A stretch of DNA of 28,404 nucleotides from a virus. The translations under genes and the position numbers were made by a program. Position 1 is the first letter of the stretch. Every line of letters begins with the position of its first letter. Shown piece after piece: positions 1 through 8,847 of the stretch. The stretch is from IMG/VR virus record IMGVR_UViG_3300033148_007780; one strand, written 5' to 3'. Below the pieces are notes generated by a model. It saw only the letters and a program-made list of their open reading frames with translations. It was not told where the DNA came from and did not search any database.

Positions 1-264
1 GACGAAGACGGAAACAAAATCGATGGGCATTATGGCCCGCCGGCTCGAAAATTGAGGCGGGATGTTTTGGACGAATGGGATGCAGAATATGATGATGGCC
101 CCAGTTTTGCAAAGGCTTTTTATGGCGCTGGCGGAGATGTGGAATTAATTGATCGTACTATTGATTATTCTTCAAGCGTATATTGGACCGCTGGCTGTTT
201 AAAAAAGTTTATAAAACTTTTAGACGAAAGCCAAAAAGTTGCAGACTCTATAACATGTTCTTAA
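1..264 (+). CDS. Hypothetical protein, 5'-partial. The frame is open from window position 1 and the track start at 52 is a TTG.
   Basis: No in-frame stop from nt 1 to 264; same orientation and close packing with downstream genes. Confidence 0.4.
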   Translation, partial: DEDGNKIDGHYGPPARKLRRDVLDEWDAEYDDGPSFAKAFYGAGGDVELIDRTIDYSSSVYWTAGCLKKFIKLLDESQKVADSITCS

Positions 265-289
265 GTTTCAAGATTAGGTGAAAAATAAT

Positions 290-577
290 ATGGATTTTAT
301 TAAAGAGGCTCATGATTTGCTAAACCATCATCTTGGTTCTGAGCATCGTGGCAGCAAAAAATTAGGACCAGAGCATGATGAGCTTAAAAAAGACGTTCAG
401 GCCTTGGTTCTCCATGCCTTAAAAATCGGCAAAATGATTGGTTCAGATCTAATGAAACTCGAAGTAGACGAGAATTATAAAAGCGTCTCCGATGTATTGG
501 AAATTAAATATTCTGAACTATGCGAAGATGTGAATGTTGACCGATACAAAAGCAAAACAGCCTTATCAAACAAGTAA
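290..577 (+). CDS. Hypothetical protein
   Basis: ATG at 290 preceded by AGGTG and an A-rich spacer (GAAAAATAATATG); the track start at 278 is a GTG. Confidence 0.5.
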   Translation: MDFIKEAHDLLNHHLGSEHRGSKKLGPEHDELKKDVQALVLHALKIGKMIGSDLMKLEVDENYKSVSDVLEIKYSELCEDVNVDRYKSKTALSNK

Positions 578-583
578 AACAAA

Positions 584-1312
584 ATGTCTAATATTTTTCT
601 TTGCAGTGATTTGCATACTAATTTTTATAGAGATGGCGGAAAAGATTTAATTGACCAATGTTATGCCGAAGATGTTGATATTGCTATTGTAGCTGGAGAT
701 TTGTCCATAACTGTTAATGATTTGTTACAAGATAATATTAAAATGTTTTGTGACAAATATCCGGAATTCATTTTTGTAACCGGAAACCACGATTATTACC
801 ATAATGCTTTTCGCAAAGTAGATGACTTACTCAAACAACTTGATTCTCGTATATCTAATTTCCATTTTCTTAATAATGATAGAATTACACTTTTGGGCCA
901 TTCGTTCGTCGGTGCAACACTTTGGTTTCCTCGCAATACCCAAACAGATTCAAACAAACATATGTTAGATGATTTTCGTTATATTAAAGATTGTGACCCG
1001 ATAGTATATCAAAAACACAAAAAAACAATTGATTTTTTTGAAGATAATATAAAAGAAGATGATATAGTTATTACTCATCATATGCCCACTTATAAAAATG
1101 TTGGGCCGAAATATAAAAATTCGCCACTAAATTGCTATTTTGCTTGCGACCTTGATGATATGATTCGAGATAAAAAGCCAAGCAATTGGTTTTGTGGCCA
1201 TTCTCATATTGGATGTAGTTATTTATATTATTCTACTTATATGGTTGCTAATCCATTTGGTTATCCGGGAGAAAATAGTTTTTATAATAATTCTTTTATA
1301 ATTAGGATTTGA
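584..1312 (+). CDS. Calcineurin-like metallophosphoesterase
   Basis: Motifs AGDL, GNHDYY, ITHH and CGHSHIG match the metallophosphatase signature (GDxxD/GNH[DE]/GH.H). Confidence 0.8.
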   Translation: MSNIFLCSDLHTNFYRDGGKDLIDQCYAEDVDIAIVAGDLSITVNDLLQDNIKMFCDKYPEFIFVTGNHDYYHNAFRKVDDLLKQLDSRISNFHFLNNDRITLLGHSFVGATLWFPRNTQTDSNKHMLDDFRYIKDCDPIVYQKHKKTIDFFEDNIKEDDIVITHHMPTYKNVGPKYKNSPLNCYFACDLDDMIRDKKPSNWFCGHSHIGCSYLYYSTYMVANPFGYPGENSFYNNSFIIRI

Positions 1313-1314
1313 TA

Positions 1315-1349
1315 ATGAAAATACGTAATGGTTTTGTGAGTAATTCGAG
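1315..1349 (+). repeat. 35-bp direct repeat, copy 1, covering the start of paralog A
   Basis: atgaaaatacgtaatggttttgtgagtaattcgag is identical at 1829-1863. Confidence 0.8.
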
Positions 1350-1791
1350 TTCAAGTAGTTTTTTAGTTGCCTTTCCGCGTAATCCAAAAAATGTAAATGA
1401 CGTAATTGAAATGATTTTTGGAAATGAAATTACGTTTGTACACCCTTACGGTGATGGAGAATATTATCCAATGGGGTATCCAGTAAAGCAAATTGCCGAA
1501 ATAATTTGGAACGACATTAAAAACCAAATTCCAAATAATCGAAAGCAATTTAATCGAGATATGTTTAATGTTGTAGATAGTGAAGATTATTATTCTTCTG
1601 ATTATAATAGTTTTGATGATGATGCTTATACCGCGGCATGTGAAGAAGTAATAGATAGTTTCATGATTAATAATAATGGGCACTTTTTTTATCGAATGAG
1701 ATATGGTGATGATGATGGAAGTGTTGGGTGTGCGATGGAACATGGAGATCTGTTTAAAAATTTGCCCCATTTACGATCCAATGAACATTAA
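1315..1791 (+). CDS. Hypothetical acidic protein, paralog A, with shared N-terminus MKIRNGFVSNSSSSSF
   Basis: ATG at 1315 follows an AGGA motif. The first 35 nt are identical to the start of the next gene. D/E/Y-rich middle region. Confidence 0.6.
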   Translation: MKIRNGFVSNSSSSSFLVAFPRNPKNVNDVIEMIFGNEITFVHPYGDGEYYPMGYPVKQIAEIIWNDIKNQIPNNRKQFNRDMFNVVDSEDYYSSDYNSFDDDAYTAACEEVIDSFMINNNGHFFYRMRYGDDDGSVGCAMEHGDLFKNLPHLRSNEH

Positions 1792-1828
1792 AAATATTTT
1801 CGATAATTACATAAAGGATAAATAACTA

Positions 1829-1863
1829 ATGAAAATACGTAATGGTTTTGTGAGTAATTCGAG
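1829..1863 (+). repeat. 35-bp direct repeat, copy 2, covering the start of paralog B
   Basis: Identical to 1315-1349. The downstream Ser codons then diverge synonymously. Confidence 0.8.
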
Positions 1864-2098
1864 CTCATCTTCGTTTGTAATTCCAAAATATGAAATTAGC
1901 GCACGACAGTTAGACCAAATTGTTAATCATGCAGAAGAGTGTGAAAAATATAATATGCGTTGTGATAAAAGCAGCGAATGGTCTGTTGATACTGAAGGAC
2001 ATAGTGTAAAAGGTAGTACGTGGATGGATAATTTTGATATGGAGGCGTTTCTTAATTATATCAATGTAGATCCTGGTATAATTAAATGGAGTTATTAA
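1829..2098 (+). CDS. Hypothetical protein, paralog B, with the same 16-aa N-terminus as 1315..1791
   Basis: SD AAGGA lies 11 nt upstream. N-terminus MKIRNGFVSNSSSSSF is identical to paralog A. Confidence 0.6.
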   Translation: MKIRNGFVSNSSSSSFVIPKYEISARQLDQIVNHAEECEKYNMRCDKSSEWSVDTEGHSVKGSTWMDNFDMEAFLNYINVDPGIIKWSY

Positions 2099-3187
2099 AT
2101 GAAATATAAAATTATTGAAAATAATAGCAAGAAACTTGTACTATCCGAAAATTACAATTATTCTTTTGATAAATCTGATGGTAAGTTTTGTAGATGGGGC
2201 AAAACTGCATGTGACGAAGATGATCCGTCTTTTTCTCCAATTGGTCCAGAGATTTTGGATTGGGAAATAAGCACTATTTGTAATATGGGGTGCAAGTGGT
2301 GTTATAAATCAAATACATCTGTTGGCAAAAATATACCGTTCGATGATTTTAAGAAAACTTTTGAGAAAATACCAAAATCCGTTTGCCAAATTGCATATGG
2401 CATTGGGTCTATTAATGCGTTCCCCGATCTGTTTAAGATTTTGAATTACACTCGTGATCGCGGAATTATTCCTAATATTACTATTAATGGCCAAGCAACT
2501 GATGAGGAGCTTGAGCAATTGGCCATGGTTTGTGGTGCCATTTCTGTATCGCATTATAGTAATGATCTTTGTTATGATGCTATTACTAAGTTAACTGAGC
2601 TGTCTAAATTGGATTCCGCTACGTTGCGACAAGTTAATATCCATCAGCTTTTGGCGTCAGAAACATATGATGATTGTTTATCAGTTATTAATGATATTAA
2701 AAATGACGAAAGATTGAAAGATTTAAATGCCATTGTGTTTCTGCTACTAAAGCCTCGTGGCAATAGAAATACTTTTACGAGTGTAACTTATCAACAATTC
2801 GCGAATATTATTTCTTATGGCCAACAGAAAAAAGTATCGTTGGGTATGGATAGTTGTTCTGCACCGATGATGATAAAATATGTTAGTGAGAATAATCAAA
2901 AAGATATTTTGCCGAGTATAGAGCCTTGCGAAAGTTCTATTTTCTCTGGTTATTTTAATGTTGATTGCGACTATTTTCCTTGTTCTTTTTCTGAAAACAT
3001 CGGTGAATGGGAAAAGGGAATTAGTGTTTTAAATTGTGAAGACTTTATGAATGATGTTTGGTTCAGCGAAAAGGTAAAAAAATGGCGCCAGAATCTCATC
3101 AAATCGTCATCTGGGTGCAAGTGTAAGGTCAAAAATTACTGTCGTTTGTGCCCGGTTTTTGATATTACTCCATGTTTTAAGGGATAG
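2099..3187 (+). CDS. Radical SAM enzyme with Cys-rich SPASM/twitch-like C-terminal domain
   Basis: CNMGCKWC (Cx3Cx2C) near residue 60. Ten Cys in the last ~110 aa, ending CKCKVKNYCRLCPVFDITPC. GGAG SD upstream. Confidence 0.8.
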   Translation: MKYKIIENNSKKLVLSENYNYSFDKSDGKFCRWGKTACDEDDPSFSPIGPEILDWEISTICNMGCKWCYKSNTSVGKNIPFDDFKKTFEKIPKSVCQIAYGIGSINAFPDLFKILNYTRDRGIIPNITINGQATDEELEQLAMVCGAISVSHYSNDLCYDAITKLTELSKLDSATLRQVNIHQLLASETYDDCLSVINDIKNDERLKDLNAIVFLLLKPRGNRNTFTSVTYQQFANIISYGQQKKVSLGMDSCSAPMMIKYVSENNQKDILPSIEPCESSIFSGYFNVDCDYFPCSFSENIGEWEKGISVLNCEDFMNDVWFSEKVKKWRQNLIKSSSGCKCKVKNYCRLCPVFDITPCFKG

Positions 3188-3189
3188 AA

Positions 3190-4113
3190 ATGAAGCTGTT
3201 TGTAATTTTAATTTTATCTTTTTTGGTATCTTGTTCTTGTGCTACTTCTTCGCCAGAAATATTTAAAATTAGGGCACACAAACAATATAAAAATATGTCT
3301 TCCGCCGAGAGAGATCTTACAGAGGACATTATGGACAAAGCTATTGACAGTGATCGTAAAAATTATTATTTTTCTAAACTGAATCTATTATTGAATACCG
3401 AATCTAATTCTCCAGAAGACATTAGAGAAATGAATCGTAGAGAGGTTGATAGATCTGTCAAAAATAGTAAAAAAGAACGCAGAAAAATTATAAAGCAAAG
3501 TGACGTTGGATTGGAAGAATATTTGTCTCGTGAAGAATTTTATGAATCTGTCATAGATCGTAAGTGGAAAACGTACAGTCCTAATTTTAATGGAACGTTT
3601 TTTTATATAGTTGATGAAGATCCGCTTGATATATTGGTTCATATTAAGGTTAAATTGCACGGCGATTATGATTTGGTTGTTAAAGTCATTTTGTTAGAAG
3701 ACTCGATAGAAAAACATCTTAATATTCCCGGCTACTCGGTTAATTTAGTGTTTGTTGGGTATTCGTCCGATGAAGATGATGTGTTTAACGTCGATGTTGA
3801 TCCAAAAAAATGGACCACAAGTCATAATTGGATTGGGGATTATAAAGGTTTGGCACATGAGCTATTGCATTTAATGGGATTGCCTGACGAGTACGATAGA
3901 ATTGAAGTACATGCAAATAATAGAAATATGACTAAGCTTAGCAGATTGTACCAGTTTATAATACAAATGGACGCAGAGGTTCCATTAGATTCTGTTAAGG
4001 GCATTATGCATTTTCATAAATATAGGCCATTAGAAAGACATGTTTGCGCTTCCGTTGGATTAGGAAAAGAATGTATACGTGTTCGATCAAATGCGTTTCG
4101 TGCAAAGGATTAA
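3190..4113 (+). CDS. Lipoprotein, putative zinc metallopeptidase (HExxH)
   Basis: Signal peptide with lipobox LVSC; HELLHLMGLPDEYD zincin-like motif. Confidence 0.65.
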   Translation: MKLFVILILSFLVSCSCATSSPEIFKIRAHKQYKNMSSAERDLTEDIMDKAIDSDRKNYYFSKLNLLLNTESNSPEDIREMNRREVDRSVKNSKKERRKIIKQSDVGLEEYLSREEFYESVIDRKWKTYSPNFNGTFFYIVDEDPLDILVHIKVKLHGDYDLVVKVILLEDSIEKHLNIPGYSVNLVFVGYSSDEDDVFNVDVDPKKWTTSHNWIGDYKGLAHELLHLMGLPDEYDRIEVHANNRNMTKLSRLYQFIIQMDAEVPLDSVKGIMHFHKYRPLERHVCASVGLGKECIRVRSNAFRAKD

Positions 4114-4114
4114 T

Positions 4115-4411
4115 ATGAAAAAATTTAATACTTCTGATGGCAAAGAATATGAATTTTCAGATGTAAACAATGCTACTGGAACAAAAGGTTTTCTTATCAA
4201 AACAATGAATGGAAATTTGCATTTTCGTGTATATGATAAAACAAAATTAGATGAACAAGGTAATTGGACATTTTGTGATTACAAAATTCATCATTATGAT
4301 TTGGAAATTAAAATTGTAGACAAACATGTGAGTTTTTATCATACTAAAGATGACAAATTTTTTATAGATTATTCTCCAAACGCTCTCGGCATGAAAGAAA
4401 TTAAAGATTAA
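4115..4411 (+). CDS. Hypothetical protein
   Basis: ATG at 4115 preceded by AAGGA; in frame with track ORF 4079..4411. Confidence 0.5.
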   Translation: MKKFNTSDGKEYEFSDVNNATGTKGFLIKTMNGNLHFRVYDKTKLDEQGNWTFCDYKIHHYDLEIKIVDKHVSFYHTKDDKFFIDYSPNALGMKEIKD

Positions 4412-4474
4412 CATTATTATAAGCGATGAAGTGAATGTTGCTTGGACTGATTAAATAATTTTGAGAAAATAATA

Positions 4475-5035
4475 ATGGGTACTAAAAAATTCGATCAAAT
4501 TCTTGTAGTAGATATAGAGTGTACGGCATGGGAACCCAGAGAAGCACAGGGAGAACAGCCATCTGAAATAATTGAAATAGGTATTTGTAGATTGAAGATG
4601 GACTCATTTGAAATTACCGATAAAATAAGTTATATGGTACGTCCTAAATATTCGGAAGTCACTGAGTTTTGCACGAGCTTAACTGGCCTTACATGGAATG
4701 ATGTTAAAATCGGAATGCCCTTTGCGAATGCTTGTAATAAATTATTTAAGAATTTTGGTACAAGTAATAGGGTATGGGCATCTTGGGGTGATGGTGATAG
4801 AGAACAATTTCTTTGTGAGTGTAAAGAAAAAAATGCACGGTATCCTTTTAGCCAAACTCATATAAACGCAAGTGCTTTATTTTCTTTAATGACGGGACAA
4901 AAACAACGCATTAGTGTGAGTAACGCATTGAAAAAAATTGGTTTGGAATTTGTAGGCCAAGTTCATAGTGGAGCTGACGACGCATATAATACTGCACGAA
5001 TATTACGGCATCTGATGAAATCAGAAACGGATTAA
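4475..5035 (+). CDS. DEDDh-family 3'-5' exonuclease (DnaQ/oligoribonuclease-like)
   Basis: Exo I VVDIECTAWE; central D-rich WGDGDRE; Exo III HSGADDAYNTARIL (H-x4-D). Confidence 0.75.
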   Translation: MGTKKFDQILVVDIECTAWEPREAQGEQPSEIIEIGICRLKMDSFEITDKISYMVRPKYSEVTEFCTSLTGLTWNDVKIGMPFANACNKLFKNFGTSNRVWASWGDGDREQFLCECKEKNARYPFSQTHINASALFSLMTGQKQRISVSNALKKIGLEFVGQVHSGADDAYNTARILRHLMKSETD

Positions 5036-5079
5036 ACGATGATAACTTTGGTAAAATTTAAAAAGAAATTTGAAAAGTA

Positions 5080-5256
5080 ATGGATAATGACAATATCATT
5101 ATCGACAAAACAATTAAAAAGCAGTGTCAGTTTTGTAATCAATTTAAATATAATATATGGCACATAATAGACCCATTTGCTTTTGAAATTTACGATGATC
5201 AGACAGAATATGATATTTGTGATGAATGTTATCATAATAGAAAAGACGATATTTAG
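5080..5256 (+). CDS. Small Cys-rich (zinc-ribbon-like) protein, 58 aa, below the track's length cut-off
   Basis: ATG at 5080; CQFC...CDEC pairs; fills the gap between annotated ORFs on the coding strand. Confidence 0.4.
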   Translation: MDNDNIIIDKTIKKQCQFCNQFKYNIWHIIDPFAFEIYDDQTEYDICDECYHNRKDDI

Positions 5257-5316
5257 GGCTTGATGCTAACGGGCCAAATATATATGCTTTGAAGCCAAAC
5301 ATGAGGTCAAAAATAA

Positions 5317-5805
5317 ATGAATAAATTAATTATAGTAATTTTGTTTATAGTTGGATGTGGCGGACCATCCTATACAACTAAGCATGGAATAAATGTTTAC
5401 GACCAAACGAAAAAATTCTCTCCTTCTCTCGCGTCGATCGAAAATATTACAGATTCCGTAATTAATTATTTGGGCCCAACCGACTTAAACGGTATTAATT
5501 TATTGTTAACTAATGACCCAACCTCTGTTCCATTAAAAAACGATGAACCATTGTTTGTAAATGGATATACTGATTTAGAAAAACGATTTATTATTATTAC
5601 TGTGCAATCTAAGTGTTTTGCTGAAAGCGATTATGGACATGAATTAGCTCATTTCATTAAAGGCGAGGATTGGGAACATAACGATTTAAAATATTGGGCT
5701 CGTTCTGCTATAATCAACCTAATAATTCGTTTTAAAATTTGCAAAAATGGAACCGATATATTAAATGAAATTGCTGATTCTGTTCCAAATTATTACAGTA
5801 AATAA
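5317..5805 (+). CDS. Lipoprotein, putative zinc metallopeptidase (HExxH), paralog of 6449..6925
   Basis: Lipobox IVGC; CFAESDYGHELAHFI motif; clear similarity to the 6449 ORF around the HExxH. Confidence 0.65.
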   Translation: MNKLIIVILFIVGCGGPSYTTKHGINVYDQTKKFSPSLASIENITDSVINYLGPTDLNGINLLLTNDPTSVPLKNDEPLFVNGYTDLEKRFIIITVQSKCFAESDYGHELAHFIKGEDWEHNDLKYWARSAIINLIIRFKICKNGTDILNEIADSVPNYYSK

Positions 5806-5852
5806 AGGTAAATTAGATTAGTAAATATTAAATAATTCATTTTTAATAATAT

Positions 5853-5929
5853 ACTCTCATAACTCAGCTGGATAGAGTTTTGGTTTTCTAAACCAAGGGT
5901 CGAAGGTTCGAATCCTTCTGAGAGTGCCA
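5853..5929 (+). tRNA. tRNA-Arg (anticodon TCT)
   Basis: Manual cloverleaf. Acceptor actctca/tgagagt; D-arm actc-agctggata-gagt; anticodon stem ttggt/accaa with loop ttTCTaa; T-arm gaagg-ttcgaat-ccttc; discriminator g and encoded CCA. Confidence 0.9.
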
Positions 5930-5960
5930 TTTTGTAATTTAACAGAATAAAAGGATTTGA

Positions 5961-6215
5961 ATGATGTTGAGCAAACAACATATGATAATGTTAATTGTGT
6001 TTTCTGGATTTATTGGTGGGTGCGCCCTCGTGGGCATGATTGATATAGTAATAACGATTGTTATGTCAATGCAAGGAACCATTGAAGAAACATGGGTTCA
6101 ACAATTAATGCTTGGGTTGTTCGTTTTGGGTGCTGCCGGAACTATTGGAACGTTGCACATGGTTGAAAAGAAATTTCTCCAAAATATAGAAAACCAGCCT
6201 GGATTTAAAAAATGA
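5961..6215 (+). CDS. Small membrane protein (two predicted TM segments)
   Basis: Hydrophobic stretches MIMLIVFSGFIGGCALVGMIDIVITIV and LMLGLFVLGAAGTIG; AAGGA upstream. Confidence 0.5.
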   Translation: MMLSKQHMIMLIVFSGFIGGCALVGMIDIVITIVMSMQGTIEETWVQQLMLGLFVLGAAGTIGTLHMVEKKFLQNIENQPGFKK

Positions 6216-6448
6216 CATGGACGAATCGCAAAAAAGAAGATGCCGATATTGTACTTGCCGTTATTGATAAATTAATTAGTAAATATGGTATGCAATTAAT
6301 TCTTGAAGCCTTGTTGCATCAAAATAGTATTGCTGTGGCCGGAGCACAGGCATTCGGTGTTGCTGATGAATATTTAATACTTTTGGAAACTAATCTAAAT
6401 CGTGCTTTAAGAGAGTATGAGGGAAGGCACGATGAGTTTGGAAAATAA
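6212..6448 (+). CDS. Hypothetical protein
   Basis: ATGA overlap with the upstream gene (translational coupling). Confidence 0.5.
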   Translation: MTWTNRKKEDADIVLAVIDKLISKYGMQLILEALLHQNSIAVAGAQAFGVADEYLILLETNLNRALREYEGRHDEFGK

Positions 6449-6925
6449 ATGAAAGTTTTATTTGTATTTATTTTTATACTATCTGGGTGCGCTACATTCA
6501 CATATCGCAATATATCTGTTTATAACAAACAAGTAGATACATTTGCAACTCAAACGCAAATGAAGCAATTAATCGATTACGCATTTGAAGAAACTGGGTA
6601 TGAAAGTTTTTTTAATGGGTATAATTTTGTTTTTACATCTGCGTGGTTATCTCAATATCAAGCAGATGGTTCTATTATTGTTGGAGATGGACAAACTATT
6701 CTAAAAGATAAAATTATATTTTTGAAGGTTAGAAGTTGCTTTGCTGACAGTGCAATTATTCATGAAATGGCTCATGTTGTCCACTTTTATAAATATGGAA
6801 ATGGGGACCAATTGCACGAAAATAAAGCATGGTGGGATACAGTTAAAACTATGAGCGAAAAAATGGTAATAAAGTTCTGTCATAAAAGTTATGTTCGTAA
6901 CGACAAACCACCGACATCGTATTAG
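6449..6925 (+). CDS. Lipoprotein, putative zinc metallopeptidase (HExxH), paralog of 5317..5805
   Basis: Lipobox LSGC; CFADSAIIHEMAHVVHF motif. Confidence 0.65.
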   Translation: MKVLFVFIFILSGCATFTYRNISVYNKQVDTFATQTQMKQLIDYAFEETGYESFFNGYNFVFTSAWLSQYQADGSIIVGDGQTILKDKIIFLKVRSCFADSAIIHEMAHVVHFYKYGNGDQLHENKAWWDTVKTMSEKMVIKFCHKSYVRNDKPPTSY

Positions 6926-6993
6926 GCAAAGTAACAACCCCAACAAGATAAATTGGCACGTCTATAGTTGGTATTCTTTTTGAAGGAAAAATA

Positions 6994-7530
6994 ATGTATA
7001 AAATAGGTTCAGCAGATCAACATTCTAATGTAAAAGTTCATTTTGCAAGTACAGAAAAGATTGCGAAAGAAATAATGAACGATTTAAAAGAACGTTTTGG
7101 CAAAATGCAAATTGATACAGCGGATGATCATGAATATTTGTGGGATCCCGGCGGCATGTTACAAATGAATGATGAGATTTTTCGTTTTGAATTATCTGAT
7201 ATTACTTTTATGTGTTACGCCCAACATTTTAATTATTTTGTCAATAATCTTCAACAATATACACCACGAGGAACTAATACAAAATATGTAAAAATACATG
7301 GGCGATATTTTTGTATATGTATTTCTGTTGATGATTTTGAGCAACTTAAAAATCTTGTATGTGGTGCCGAATTTATTACAAAGGCGAATGAATCGGAAAT
7401 AAAAAGTAAAAAAACAGAGGATGAGTTGGTTGAATCTGGTTGTATTGTAAAAGTCATTAAAGACGAACATGGAAATACAATTCCTGTATTGCCTGTTAAT
7501 TCTGATATTCCCCCGAAACATTTGCATTAG
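6994..7530 (+). CDS. Hypothetical protein
   Basis: AAGGA-AAAATAATG initiation context. Confidence 0.5.
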   Translation: MYKIGSADQHSNVKVHFASTEKIAKEIMNDLKERFGKMQIDTADDHEYLWDPGGMLQMNDEIFRFELSDITFMCYAQHFNYFVNNLQQYTPRGTNTKYVKIHGRYFCICISVDDFEQLKNLVCGAEFITKANESEIKSKKTEDELVESGCIVKVIKDEHGNTIPVLPVNSDIPPKHLH

Positions 7531-7538
7531 GATATTTT

Positions 7539-8015
7539 ATGTCATTAATTATTGGAAACGTACAAATACAAGGCTCACACATAATGGCAATTTGGACAGG
7601 CCAAGATATATGGACAAACCAAAATACAAGAGGTTTGGCATTACTATACGATGAAAAGTGGGCTCTTATCGAGTACTTTACATTTGATGGACTACAGATT
7701 GACAGCGTATCATATACACAAAAATTTCTTATAGACGACGATCGCCAATGGTCAGAAGCATTTAATAAAATATATGGTGGTTTACAGCCATCGTGGTTTG
7801 ACAAAAAATGTACTTGTGGGGCTACAGCAGTTTTTGGCAAGGAGTGGAAAGGACATGGGCCACAATGTAGGGCAACTGAGAGCGAATTTCTCCTTCCAAA
7901 TTCTCCTAAAAACAATGATGGAAGAAACACTTGTTATAGGTGTAATCAACCAACAAAGATGATATTTAATTATCATTTGTGTAAAAATAAGGATTGTAAT
8001 TGGCATGACAGATAG
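7539..8015 (+). CDS. Cys-rich hypothetical protein
   Basis: AGGA upstream; C-terminal CTCG...CRAT...CYRCN...CKNKDCNWHD. Confidence 0.5.
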   Translation: MSLIIGNVQIQGSHIMAIWTGQDIWTNQNTRGLALLYDEKWALIEYFTFDGLQIDSVSYTQKFLIDDDRQWSEAFNKIYGGLQPSWFDKKCTCGATAVFGKEWKGHGPQCRATESEFLLPNSPKNNDGRNTCYRCNQPTKMIFNYHLCKNKDCNWHDR

Positions 8016-8544
8016 AAAACTATTGTGTGAAGGAAAATATCTTCGAACCATATATGAAGATAATTGGGAATATGTCGAGCGCGTTAATGGTAGACACGTT
8101 GTGTATATTGTGCCGCTCAATAAAAATAAATTTGGAAGACCAGAGTTAATTTTCATCGAAGAGTATCGCATTCCTCTTAAAAAAATTGTTGTTGGCTTCC
8201 CAGCTGGTCTGGTTGGAGATGTTGGCGCTGAGGAAATTATTACTGCCGCATATCGAGAATTGGAAGAGGAGACCGGATATTCTGCTGGAAAAATGCAACA
8301 TCTCGTTTCTGGGCCATCTTCTGCCGGATTATCTAATGAAACAATTCATATTTATTTGGCAAACGAGTTAGTTAAAGTTAGTGATGGCGGCGGAATAGAT
8401 GGTGAAGACATAAAAACTGAATCTATTTCGATATATGATTCAGAGGAATGGCTTCAAAACAAAAGCAAAAATGATAAATACGCAATAGATATAAAATCTT
8501 ATATAGGTGTTTATTATGCTAACAAAATGATAAAAAATATATAA
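8005..8544 (+). CDS. Nudix hydrolase, ADP-ribose pyrophosphatase-like
   Basis: Nudix box GLVGDVGAEEIITAAYRELEEETGY (Gx5Ex7REUxEExGU). Confidence 0.8.
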   Translation: MTDRKLLCEGKYLRTIYEDNWEYVERVNGRHVVYIVPLNKNKFGRPELIFIEEYRIPLKKIVVGFPAGLVGDVGAEEIITAAYRELEEETGYSAGKMQHLVSGPSSAGLSNETIHIYLANELVKVSDGGGIDGEDIKTESISIYDSEEWLQNKSKNDKYAIDIKSYIGVYYANKMIKNI

Positions 8545-8567
8545 TTAATTATTATAATTGGGTTTCT

Positions 8568-8616
8568 GTGATCACGATCATAGATCTATATGTCAAGAAA
8601 AATCAATTTTGTCAAG
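8568..8616. promoter_or_regulatory. Cluster of palindromes and direct repeats upstream of the GC-rich island: GTGATCAC, ATAGATCTAT and two copies of TGTCAAG
   Basis: 8-bp palindrome 8568-8575; 10-bp palindrome 8580-8589; TGTCAAG at 8591 and 8610. Confidence 0.3.
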
Positions 8617-8631
8617 CAGAAAAGGAAAAAA

Positions 8632-8847
8632 ATGAAGTTTGCTGGTGCCGTCATTCTAATAGTTGGCCTGGTTTTTGGTGCAGCTACTTTGGGTGGTGTG
8701 TTTGAAAACAATACAAATGCACAAATAAACAAAAATGTTCAAAAAGATATTATCGAATTTGCTCCCGACGCAATTGAAAAAACAAAACAAATTACAAATG
8801 ATATATTTGATAAACTACAACAAAAATTAAATAAAGGACAAAAATAA
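8632..8847 (+). CDS. Small membrane-anchored protein
   Basis: ATG at 8632 preceded by AAGGA; N-terminal TM helix AGAVILIVGLVFGAATLGGV; stop overlaps the ATG of the next gene (TAATG). Confidence 0.5.
   Translation: MKFAGAVILIVGLVFGAATLGGVFENNTNAQINKNVQKDIIEFAPDAIEKTKQITNDIFDKLQQKLNKGQK

Noticed and set aside
1363-1770. Minus-strand ORFs throughout (e.g. 1363..1770, 2309..2554, 3388..3660, 5032..5235, 6701..6946, 7192..7930, 11566..12166, 17463..17771, 19710..20046, 20255..20932, 24075..24272, 25669..26211)
   Set aside because: They are I/F/K/N-rich low-complexity translations typical of the antisense of AT-rich coding DNA. They lack RBS context and overlap well-supported + strand genes.
5793-5981. 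62-aa minus-strand ORF overlapping the tRNA-Arg gene
   Set aside because: The tRNA cloverleaf is canonical and occupies this locus, so the ORF is an artefact.
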